Of a DNA stretch of 64,000 bases, positions 18,165-26,410 are shown one piece after another. The notes under the pieces were generated by a model. The model saw only the letters and a program-made list of their open reading frames with translations, was not told the origin of the DNA and did no database searches. Location: contig CACZUD010000002.1 in assembly GCA_902784345.1 (NCBI GenBank), positions 4,912 to 68,911 on the forward strand, read 5' to 3'. Position 1 is the stretch's first letter, and each line of letters begins with the position of its first letter. The translations under genes and the position numbers were made by a program. The DNA is from an uncultured Pseudomonadota bacterium. GTDB taxonomy: Bacteria > Pseudomonadota > Alphaproteobacteria > Rs-D84.

Positions 18165-18199
18165 AAAAACACCGCCCAAACGGGCGGTATTTAATTTTT
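18163..18199. terminator. Bidirectional terminator
   Basis: ACCGCCC-aaac-GGGCGGT (18171..18188), flanked by an A-run and a T-rich tract. It sits between convergent genes. Confidence 0.65.
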
Positions 18200-18545
18200 A
18201 CCAGTTTTTTATAACATCCGCACAACCAATCGCCCTTGCACCAGATGCGGACATAATGAAAGACAAAATCACACCAATCATAAACAACAAAGAGAATCCA
18301 ACCAACAAAGCCGTCCCTTTGTCTTTAATATCATCCATTTTTACATCGCCTTTGGAAATGTATCCCCATGCCCATTGCGCAATATAAAACGCAGCACCGA
18401 TGAAAGCCATTGTTCTTAACAAGTTAAATACACCTTTTAATTTTAGTAATGCTTCGCACATGCCATTATCCCCAGCTGCAAATGCAGGTACAGATGCCAT
18501 TACGCCTATAATTGCAAAATTGATTTTATTCATAATCTTTTTCAT
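18198..18545 (-). CDS. TrbC/VirB2-like pilin-family protein (orphan)
   Basis: Long signal peptide ending PAFA, then two hydrophobic helices separated by a short charged loop (AFIGAAFYIAQWAWGYISKGD...ALLVGFSLLFMIGVILSFI). This is the size and architecture of T4SS major pilins. Confidence 0.5.
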   Translation of the reverse strand: MKKIMNKINFAIIGVMASVPAFAAGDNGMCEALLKLKGVFNLLRTMAFIGAAFYIAQWAWGYISKGDVKMDDIKDKGTALLVGFSLLFMIGVILSFIMSASGARAIGCADVIKNW

Positions 18546-18655
18546 ATAAAAACTCCTTTTATTTCCATATTATTTTATCACAAAAAATCCCGTATAACAA
18601 ATAAAAAAAGCGCCGTTTTGCCGCGACGCCCTTTTTACACATAAACCAGATAAAA

Positions 18656-19030
18656 TTATCCGGCATAGGAAGGAACTATGATGTACTTGTTTTTCAAGAC
18701 TTGTTTTTTTGCACATGTTTGGCAACCACATTTTGGTGCCGCTGGTGCTTCGTCTTCTACACGTGCTGGCAAGATAGCATTTCTGGTACGTTTGTCATAC
18801 CCGTATGTATCTTTGCTGTACAAGTCTGCACAATTTGTGTTTCTGTATACAATCTTTTTAGCGTCTTTCAAATCACGAATTTCGCTGTTGAATTTTTCAC
18901 CTTCTTCGCTGTAGTAATAAACGCAATCGTTACCATCTTGGCGATAACGAACACCGGTTTCATAATAATCATAGCCAGAACAGCCTGCAACCAAAGCCAA
19001 ACCAAATACAGATAAAATAACTTTTTTCAT
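18656..19030 (-). CDS. Cys-rich lipoprotein, unknown function
   Basis: Lipobox LVAGC, 124 aa, 6 Cys including CGCQTC. It lies upstream of the VirB2-like gene on the same strand. Confidence 0.6.
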   Translation of the reverse strand: MKKVILSVFGLALVAGCSGYDYYETGVRYRQDGNDCVYYYSEEGEKFNSEIRDLKDAKKIVYRNTNCADLYSKDTYGYDKRTRNAILPARVEDEAPAAPKCGCQTCAKKQVLKNKYIIVPSYAG

Positions 19031-19168
19031 TTGTTTTCCCTTGTTTTTTTATCTCTCTTTGGGGCTCCCGATTCGTATGGTTCAATTGTTGCACACTTAT
19101 TCCCATTGTCAAGATTTATTAATTTCAATATATGTGATATAATACAGAATATATACAAAGGAAAAAAC

Positions 19169-20110
19169 ATGCACTATTCTGATTATTGGTTGGCTGATAC
19201 TAAAAGCTTGCTTAAACACGCAATGCATGATGGCTATGCAATCCCGGCATTCAATTTCTATAACATGGAAAGCCTGCAAGCGATACTGAATGCGGCACAA
19301 ATCACCCAAAGTCCGGTTATATTGGCCGTATCAGAAAGTGCACTGGAATATATGTCCGGTGAAATATTGATGGGCATGATTCGTGGCGCACAATACAAAC
19401 GCGGACAAATTGCCCTGCATCTGGACCATGGGCACAGTTTTGAAATTTGCAAATATGCTACCGACCTGGGGTTTTCATCAGTCATGTTTGATGGCAGCGC
19501 GCTGCCACTTGATAAAAACATATCCGAATCGCGTCGCGTGGCGGATTATGTTCATAAATTTAATGTATCGCTGGAAACAGAACTTGGTGTTTTGGCGGGA
19601 ACCGAAGACAAAAATACAACAGCAAAAAAACATCTCTTTACAGACCCAGATTTAGTTAAAGATTTTGTAAAACAAACAAAAACAGATTCATTGGCGGTTG
19701 CAATCGGAACAACACATGGTGCATATAAAAGAAAAAGTTCTAATGAATCTTTGCGATTCGATATTTTGGAACAAATCGCAAAAAACATTCCGGGCGTTCC
19801 GCTTGTTTTACATGGCGCATCTTCTATCCCACAAAAATATGTTAACCAGATAAATAAATTTGGCGGCAACATAAAAAATGCACGTGGAATTTCACCTGCA
19901 CAAATTCGTCGCGCAATATCTATGCATATCGCAAAAGTAAATATAGATTCCGATTCGCGATTCGCTTTCACTGCCGCAATTCGAAAAACACTGTACACAA
20001 AACCTGAAATTTTTGACCCACGAATTTACCTTTCAACAGCAACAGAAGAAATGACAAAAAATTGCATTGATGAAATACAAAATATAATGGGATCTGGATA
20101 TAAATTTTAA
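19169..20110 (+). CDS. fba: Class II fructose-bisphosphate aldolase
   Basis: GYAIPAFNFYN, LHLDHGHS, GTTHGAYK and LVLHGASS blocks. Start trimmed to MHYSDYW. Confidence 0.85.
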   Translation: MHYSDYWLADTKSLLKHAMHDGYAIPAFNFYNMESLQAILNAAQITQSPVILAVSESALEYMSGEILMGMIRGAQYKRGQIALHLDHGHSFEICKYATDLGFSSVMFDGSALPLDKNISESRRVADYVHKFNVSLETELGVLAGTEDKNTTAKKHLFTDPDLVKDFVKQTKTDSLAVAIGTTHGAYKRKSSNESLRFDILEQIAKNIPGVPLVLHGASSIPQKYVNQINKFGGNIKNARGISPAQIRRAISMHIAKVNIDSDSRFAFTAAIRKTLYTKPEIFDPRIYLSTATEEMTKNCIDEIQNIMGSGYKF

Positions 20111-20115
20111 AAAAT

Positions 20116-20150
20116 GAAATCCGCCTATACGGCGGATTCTGTGTTTTTTG
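20116..20150. terminator. Bidirectional terminator between fba and efp
   Basis: AATCCGCC-tatac-GGCGGATT followed by a T-run. It is nearly identical to the hairpin at 28524..28541. Confidence 0.65.
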
Positions 20151-20160
20151 TCAAAACAAC

Positions 20161-20730
20161 TTATTTCGCTCTTTCAACGTATTCTAATGTTTCAGTGTTA
20201 ACAACAATCTTTTCACCTTGTTCGATGAAAGTTGGAACTTGAACACGAACACCGTTATCAAGAATCGCTGGTTTACCACCACTGCTGGTTGCGGTTTGGC
20301 CTTTTAATGCAGGTTCTGTTTCTTCAACAGTCGCAACAACAGTTTTTGGCAATGTGATTGATACAGGATGTCCTTCGACAAAGTTCGCTTTGACCAACAT
20401 TTCAGGCGCCAAGAATTTCATTTGTTCGCCCAAAGAATCATTTGGCATTGTGAATTGTTCATAATCGTTCAGATTCATAAAGTATGCGTCTGTCCCGTCA
20501 GAATACAAATATTGACATTCGATATCTTCAACCATCAATTTTTCAACTTTGTCTTCTGCGCGCCAACGATCACCGCCTTTGTTGCCCGAATCAATATCAC
20601 GCAAATCAGCTTGAACAAAAGCACCACCCTTGCCCGGTTTTACTTTTGTGATTGAAGTTACAGAATAACGTTTACCATTGTGGGAAATAACCCAACCCAC
20701 ACGCATATCATTTGCTATAAAAGAAGCCAT
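20161..20730 (-). CDS. efp: Elongation factor P
   Basis: 189 aa; VKPGKGGAFVQ loop and EF-P three-domain length. Confidence 0.93.
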   Translation of the reverse strand: MASFIANDMRVGWVISHNGKRYSVTSITKVKPGKGGAFVQADLRDIDSGNKGGDRWRAEDKVEKLMVEDIECQYLYSDGTDAYFMNLNDYEQFTMPNDSLGEQMKFLAPEMLVKANFVEGHPVSITLPKTVVATVEETEPALKGQTATSSGGKPAILDNGVRVQVPTFIEQGEKIVVNTETLEYVERAK

Positions 20731-20792
20731 TTGTTTACCCCTTGGTTAAAATTACCCGTTAAGGTTATAATAAAGTTTATAAATTCGCAACA

Positions 20793-20826
20793 AAAAACCG
20801 CCAAACCGGCGGTCTCTTTGTTTTAT
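20793..20826 (-). terminator. Terminator downstream of dnaN
   Basis: Minus strand reads ACCGCCGG-ttt-GGCGGT followed by TTTTTG. Confidence 0.55.
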
Positions 20827-20832
20827 TGTTTT

Positions 20833-21945
20833 TTACATTCTCATCGGCATCAACACAAAAAGCGCATCAGTATCTTTTTCTGTAGATTTGATGATTGTTG
20901 GGGACAAAGGTTCTTGCATTTCCATTTGGAATTTTTCACCTTCGACCTGACCTGCAACATCAAGTAAGAATTTCACATTGAAATTAATTGTAAATGTTGC
21001 ATCGCCATTATATTCTACATCTAATTCCTGAGTTGCAGCCCCAGCATCTGGGCTGGAAGCACTTATCACTAACTTGTTCATAGAAAATGCCAACTGAACA
21101 GATTTTGTTTTATCAACACTGGCAACAGATACCAAATCCACCGCATTAACAAATTGCTTTCTGTCCAAAATCGCAATCTTGTCGTTGCCCTTTGGAATAA
21201 CCACGCGATAGTTTGGATACTGTGCATCGACCAATTTACTTGTCAATGTCGCGGCACCAACTGTAAAGCGCGCCTTGGTATCAGACAATTCAATCAGAAC
21301 ATCGTCAACATTGGCATCTTCTAACAATTTAGATAATTCGCCAATAACGCGTCTTGGGATAATAACCGAAGGCATACCTTTGGCAGCAGCCGGTGCATCT
21401 ATCGCACACAAGGCCATACGCTGTGCGTCTGTCGCAACCGCAGTCAATTTGCCGGTATCTTCTGATATATGGAAGAATATACCGCCCAAATGATAACGAA
21501 CATCGTCTGTTGGAATTGCAAATTTAGTCTGATTAATCAAATGCGCCAAATCACCGGTTGTCATTTGGAATTTAGTGCTTAAATTGCCGCCCGCCATTGC
21601 TGGGAAATTTTCCGCCGGCAATGTTGGCAAATGAAATACCGCACGACCACTGGACACAACCAATTGATCACCAGATTGTTTAAAACTGATTTCTGCGTCA
21701 TCTGGCAATTTACGAACGATATCGTACAACATTTGAACTGGCACAGTTGTTTTACCAGCCAACGTTATATCAGCCGCAACATGTTCAACCAATTCCAAAT
21801 CAACGTTTGTCGCAGACAATATTAAATCATCTGAAACTTCAATTTTAACATTGACCAATATAGGCAAAGTCGCACGTTTTTCAACGATAGACTGCATATG
21901 CCCCAGCGCACGTATTAAAACCTGACGAAACACTGAAAATTCCAT
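20833..21945 (-). CDS. dnaN: DNA polymerase III beta sliding clamp
   Basis: 370 aa; three-domain clamp pattern starting MEFSVFRQVLIRALGHMQSIVEKRATLPIL and ending VLMPMRM. Confidence 0.93.
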   Translation of the reverse strand: MEFSVFRQVLIRALGHMQSIVEKRATLPILVNVKIEVSDDLILSATNVDLELVEHVAADITLAGKTTVPVQMLYDIVRKLPDDAEISFKQSGDQLVVSSGRAVFHLPTLPAENFPAMAGGNLSTKFQMTTGDLAHLINQTKFAIPTDDVRYHLGGIFFHISEDTGKLTAVATDAQRMALCAIDAPAAAKGMPSVIIPRRVIGELSKLLEDANVDDVLIELSDTKARFTVGAATLTSKLVDAQYPNYRVVIPKGNDKIAILDRKQFVNAVDLVSVASVDKTKSVQLAFSMNKLVISASSPDAGAATQELDVEYNGDATFTINFNVKFLLDVAGQVEGEKFQMEMQEPLSPTIIKSTEKDTDALFVLMPMRM

Positions 21946-21994
21946 AACTTACTCCTGTTCTTTCTTATTTCATTAATTTCCTGAACAGAGTGTA

Positions 21995-22037
21995 CCAAAA
22001 AAGACCGATTCGGTGCAAGACCAATCTGCACCGAATC
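21995..22037 (-). terminator. Terminator downstream of cdaA
   Basis: 11-bp stem GATTCGGTGCA...TGCACCGAATC (22007..22037), followed on the minus strand by GGTCTTTTTTGG. Confidence 0.6.
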
Positions 22038-22063
22038 AAATTTTATTTTGTTTTGACAAAACT

Positions 22064-22834
22064 TTATTTTATCAACAACTTTTCCAATTTACTTTTTATT
22101 TTTTTTGCGTCGTCATATTTTTTTATGCTGCCTTTTTCCGCAAAAGATATATCACCGGTTTCTTCGGATACGACCAAAACTGTGGATTTTGACGCTTCTG
22201 ACATCCCCAATGCAGCCCTGTGGCGCGTTCCATATTTCCACTGTAATTGATTTTGAGATACAGGCAATATCGCCCCCGCATATTTAATTTCATTATCAGC
22301 AATTATAACAGCCCCATCGTGCAAAGGTGTTTTATTAAAGAATATTGTTAACAATAATTCACTGGATATAATACCATCTATTTTTGTTCCATATCTTTCA
22401 ATAACGCCATCATCGATGTCTTCTGGAAACACAATCAGAGCCCCAGTATGTTTTTCCGACATATACAAAACCGCCTTCATTATTTCATCCACAGCTTTTT
22501 GTTTATCAGATGATTTTTTAACATCTTGTTTAAATGCATGAATTAAATTTCTTAATCCACGAACATTTCCCATCAATGCCAGAAACTTTCGTAATTCTGG
22601 TTGAAAAATAACAATCAACGCAAGAGACAAGAATAATGCAATCCAATGCAAAAAACGCCCCAACAAATACAGATGCATCCAAGGCAACAAAAAACTTAAA
22701 AGCCAAATTATCCCCAACCCAAATAACCCGCGAACTAATTTTTCCGAAGATGTGTTTTTAATGAAACTTACATAAAAAGCATACACAACCAATGCTATTA
22801 TGATAATTTGAATAATGTTTAACCAATCAATCAT
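22064..22834 (-). CDS. cdaA: Membrane-anchored diadenylate cyclase (CdaA/DacA type)
   Basis: Three N-terminal TM helices plus a DAC domain with LHDGAVII, GTRHRAALGMSE and VVSEETGDIS motifs. Confidence 0.85.
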   Translation of the reverse strand: MIDWLNIIQIIIIALVVYAFYVSFIKNTSSEKLVRGLFGLGIIWLLSFLLPWMHLYLLGRFLHWIALFLSLALIVIFQPELRKFLALMGNVRGLRNLIHAFKQDVKKSSDKQKAVDEIMKAVLYMSEKHTGALIVFPEDIDDGVIERYGTKIDGIISSELLLTIFFNKTPLHDGAVIIADNEIKYAGAILPVSQNQLQWKYGTRHRAALGMSEASKSTVLVVSEETGDISFAEKGSIKKYDDAKKIKSKLEKLLIK

Positions 22835-22837
22835 TTT

Positions 22838-24919
22838 TTACTCCTTAAATAATGAATTCGATAATTCTTGTACCGGTCTATTCATCCAATCTGGATCGTC
22901 CCTCTTCCGTGGTGCACCAGTATTCATTGCAGTTTTATATGGGTTATCATCTGATAACCAGCCTTCCAATAAATCGCCTGCCAACATACCTGCCAACAAC
23001 CCACCGGCTATACTTAATCCACCTGTCAAAGGCGACAACAACAAACCAATTCCGACCGCAGAACCAACTTTACCAGCAACAGCTGCACTGCTTATATTAA
23101 AATCAGGTTCTGCTAAATTTCCAGATATTTGCATTGCATTAACTAAATTGCCAGACAAAGACAACTTTAACCCCCTTACAGGCACAGTAGCCAAAGACAT
23201 CTGTATTGTTTCTTTACCTAAATCAAGAGTCCCCGCAAGACGCATATTTATAACCTTTGATTGAACTGCTACACCATTTTGTGTTTCGATTAAACCATCT
23301 CGCAATTTAACATTTACGATTGCACTGTCTATTTCTATCATATCACGCTTATTCCCAGTAAATAAATCTTGCACATTATTACGCAAGGAAGTAAGAAAAT
23401 CCCCACCGTACATGTATTCCACCAAATCAGCATGCGCAAAACCCTTGTCCGTAGAATACACCAACACCGGTCCTGTTATTGTTTGCATTATTTCAGACAT
23501 ATTCTTACCACGTGCTTTTACATACAAATCTATATTCACAGGCACCCCAGACAAAACATTGTGAACATCAACCTGATTAATAATTTCACCAACATAAACA
23601 TTGTTTCCAACAGCCGCCATTTGTGCGTCAAACATACCATTTTTATAAATGTCCGAAATCAAAACAGCCTTTACTTTACCTTTACCGATACCAACATTAA
23701 CATCTGCGCGCGCGATTTGATCTTTAATTTTTATTTTGGCGTTTAAATCAAACAAATCCAATGATCTGTAAACAATAAAGTGTTTCAAATTCAGATTAAT
23801 TTCTGCATCTGCGTTATACAAGAATTCCCCAAACAAAGGCATATCTTGAAACACATTTAAATCCCGATTTGGATGAATCCATTCAACCCCTGCGCCATAC
23901 CATTCAGGAAAAGATTTATATAAATTTATACCATCAGAAGAAACAGTTGCCCTTATAACAGGTATCTTTTTAGACCAACCATATGTACCAGAAAAATTAA
24001 GCGAAGACCCATTAAGCGAGATAGAAGATTTCCTGAATGTTATTTTGTTTCTATCTATTCCCCCTGCAATATTTATCTTCATTTTCGGCAAAGAAATCAT
24101 GTTTATATTAAACCAATCGCCAGACTTTTTAATATTTGGAATATCACCGCGCACGACAAAATCTATCGGCATTTTACTGGTTCCTTCTAACGCAATATCT
24201 GCGATCAAAGCTTCACCACCGGTAGCGAAAGCTATGCGCACTGGATAAATTTTTCTTTCACTGTTATATTCAGAAAATTGTATCACGAACGGAAAGTTTG
24301 TATCATAAGGTTTAACCCAACCGACATATTCACGATTAGAACGGCGCATATAATTGCTTATACCGAAACTTGATAATTCGTATTTATTACCATATAAATT
24401 TACAGATAAATTTTCAATATCCATTCCACCAAAAGGCAACTGTTCTATTGGGTATTTTGAAACAACATTTTTTTCTGTATCCGGTGATTTTTGCGGCGTT
24501 TGTGAATTGTTAAACACTATTGAATTTTCATCTTTATCATTTTTTTCAATAAATACTTTTGCGTCATAAATTTTTATACGACGAATCACAGGATGAGATT
24601 TAAACAAAGACAACAAGTCCAATCTTACATCTATTTTTTTAGCCGTAAACAAATTTTTGTTTTTCGCCCATTCTGCGTTCGGAATACGCACATCATTTAA
24701 TTCTATTTCTGGACGCAAAGAAAAATTCCATGAAATTTTACCATCTATTTCTACTGGCATATTTGTAGCTTCGCGTAACGCAGACAAAATATTTCCACGT
24801 AAAGATTCTAAATCAACCTGCGACAAAGCAATACCTATTGCAACTATCAGTCCCATAAAGAAAACAGCTATTATTCGCAATAACCACAAATATCTTCTAT
24901 AAAAAGCATGTAAAAACAT
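22838..24919 (-). CDS. AsmA-family outer-membrane biogenesis protein
   Basis: 693 aa with an N-terminal TM anchor and a long beta-rich periplasmic region of AsmA-like size and architecture. By-eye call. Confidence 0.6.
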   Translation of the reverse strand: MFLHAFYRRYLWLLRIIAVFFMGLIVAIGIALSQVDLESLRGNILSALREATNMPVEIDGKISWNFSLRPEIELNDVRIPNAEWAKNKNLFTAKKIDVRLDLLSLFKSHPVIRRIKIYDAKVFIEKNDKDENSIVFNNSQTPQKSPDTEKNVVSKYPIEQLPFGGMDIENLSVNLYGNKYELSSFGISNYMRRSNREYVGWVKPYDTNFPFVIQFSEYNSERKIYPVRIAFATGGEALIADIALEGTSKMPIDFVVRGDIPNIKKSGDWFNINMISLPKMKINIAGGIDRNKITFRKSSISLNGSSLNFSGTYGWSKKIPVIRATVSSDGINLYKSFPEWYGAGVEWIHPNRDLNVFQDMPLFGEFLYNADAEINLNLKHFIVYRSLDLFDLNAKIKIKDQIARADVNVGIGKGKVKAVLISDIYKNGMFDAQMAAVGNNVYVGEIINQVDVHNVLSGVPVNIDLYVKARGKNMSEIMQTITGPVLVYSTDKGFAHADLVEYMYGGDFLTSLRNNVQDLFTGNKRDMIEIDSAIVNVKLRDGLIETQNGVAVQSKVINMRLAGTLDLGKETIQMSLATVPVRGLKLSLSGNLVNAMQISGNLAEPDFNISSAAVAGKVGSAVGIGLLLSPLTGGLSIAGGLLAGMLAGDLLEGWLSDDNPYKTAMNTGAPRKRDDPDWMNRPVQELSNSLFKE

Positions 24920-24931
24920 ATCCTTTTCCTC

Positions 24932-25894
24932 TTATGGTAATTTAAATTCCAAAAACTTTATAACAGATTGCATAAAATCTGGTACATCTGCGCAAAACGT
25001 TACGGTTTTTCCACTGCCAGGATGCCTTAAAGTAATGCGATATGCAAATAAAAATAATTTTTGTGTCTTCAAGAACGATCCTAAAACTCCATCCAGTTCA
25101 TCAGAGTGTTTTCCATACAATTCGTCCCCGACGATTGGTGCATGTAAAGAAAAAGCACTGTGCAATCTTAACTGATGTGTTCGACCTGTTTTCGGCGAAA
25201 ACAAAATCCAGGTTAAAAGCCCAGCCACTTCACTCAAAACCTTATATTCTGTAATTGCACGTTGTGCAGCAGCTCCCTTTGGTATTTGAGAGCTGTCTTC
25301 AAAAACCATACCTTTGGCAACATAATTATCAATAACACCTGATTTTTGTGGGATGTTCCCCTGTAATAATGCCAAATATTCTTTGTGCGCAATTTTATTT
25401 TGAAACTGTTCAGCCAAATCTTGAGCCGCCTTTTGGTTTTTTGCGACAACCAACAAACCACTTGTTTCACGGTCAATTCTGTGAACCAATGATATTTTGT
25501 CATACGGGAAAAGCGCCGCAGCCATTTTATCTATTGATTTTTTTATTCCCGTTCCACCCTGCACAGCCAGCCCTGCAGGTTTATTAAACACAACAATATC
25601 ATCATCGTTGTGTATAATGCATTGTCTCAATTTTTCCAAATCAGACAAAGAAAAGTTTTCACCATTTTCTATCTTTTTCACTGTTTTATAAGATTGCAAA
25701 GTCGGTGGGACCCTGACGATATCCCCGGAATTTAACAATTCCATACCCTTGCATCGCGAAGAATTCAACCTTATTTGGCCACCACGACAAAGTTTATAAA
25801 AATCGCGTTGCAACATACCTGGGTAATGGCGCACAAACCAGCGCAACAAACGCATCCCAGATTCGGCATCAGAAATAGTTATAAATTCCGCCAT
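24932..25894 (-). CDS. RluA-family 23S rRNA pseudouridine synthase (RluC/RluD-like) with S4 domain
   Basis: Catalytic motif HRIDRETSGLLVVAK, with an N-terminal S4-like RLLRWF... Confidence 0.85.
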   Translation of the reverse strand: MAEFITISDAESGMRLLRWFVRHYPGMLQRDFYKLCRGGQIRLNSSRCKGMELLNSGDIVRVPPTLQSYKTVKKIENGENFSLSDLEKLRQCIIHNDDDIVVFNKPAGLAVQGGTGIKKSIDKMAAALFPYDKISLVHRIDRETSGLLVVAKNQKAAQDLAEQFQNKIAHKEYLALLQGNIPQKSGVIDNYVAKGMVFEDSSQIPKGAAAQRAITEYKVLSEVAGLLTWILFSPKTGRTHQLRLHSAFSLHAPIVGDELYGKHSDELDGVLGSFLKTQKLFLFAYRITLRHPGSGKTVTFCADVPDFMQSVIKFLEFKLP

Positions 25895-25899
25895 ATATC

Positions 25900-26361
25900 T
25901 TATTCGCCATATGTAATGGACACAACATTATTGCTGCCTTCGCCACAATTGCCGGTTGCACCACTTTCTTTGTGTTCCGAAGAAATATATCCAACAGAAT
26001 CGGTCCATGCTTTAGTTACCAAGGCTTCGCAATCAGATTTATTAAGTCCGTTTATACGAACAATAAACTGTCTGGAATTAGATGGGTCAACAGCCAATTC
26101 GTATGTTCCACCATATGGATTTTTATTGCTTACAGACATTGCAGCAAAAATTGTAGAATTATCGATATTTGAAAAATCATCGTAATCCCCCAAAAGCCCG
26201 CGAACACCAGACACCATCGTAACAACATCGTCCATCACACGCGCCTGTTTCTGCCTGTTTATCCCCAAGGATATAAGTGCAAAAGCGGTTGCTGTTAACA
26301 TGCCCATAATTGCCAATACACCAACCATTTCTATCATAGAACGACCAGATTCTTGTCTCAT
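25900..26361 (-). CDS. Prepilin-type (type IV pilin-like) protein
   Basis: N-terminus MRQESG|RSMIEMVGVLAIMGMLTATAF: a short leader ending in Gly, Glu at +5, and a hydrophobic alpha-1 helix. C-terminal domain has 2 Cys. Confidence 0.65.
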   Translation of the reverse strand: MRQESGRSMIEMVGVLAIMGMLTATAFALISLGINRQKQARVMDDVVTMVSGVRGLLGDYDDFSNIDNSTIFAAMSVSNKNPYGGTYELAVDPSNSRQFIVRINGLNKSDCEALVTKAWTDSVGYISSEHKESGATGNCGEGSNNVVSITYGE

Positions 26362-26410
26362 ATTAATACCTCTATTTGATTTTTATAATTTATATAATAT
26401 CATATTTGTT

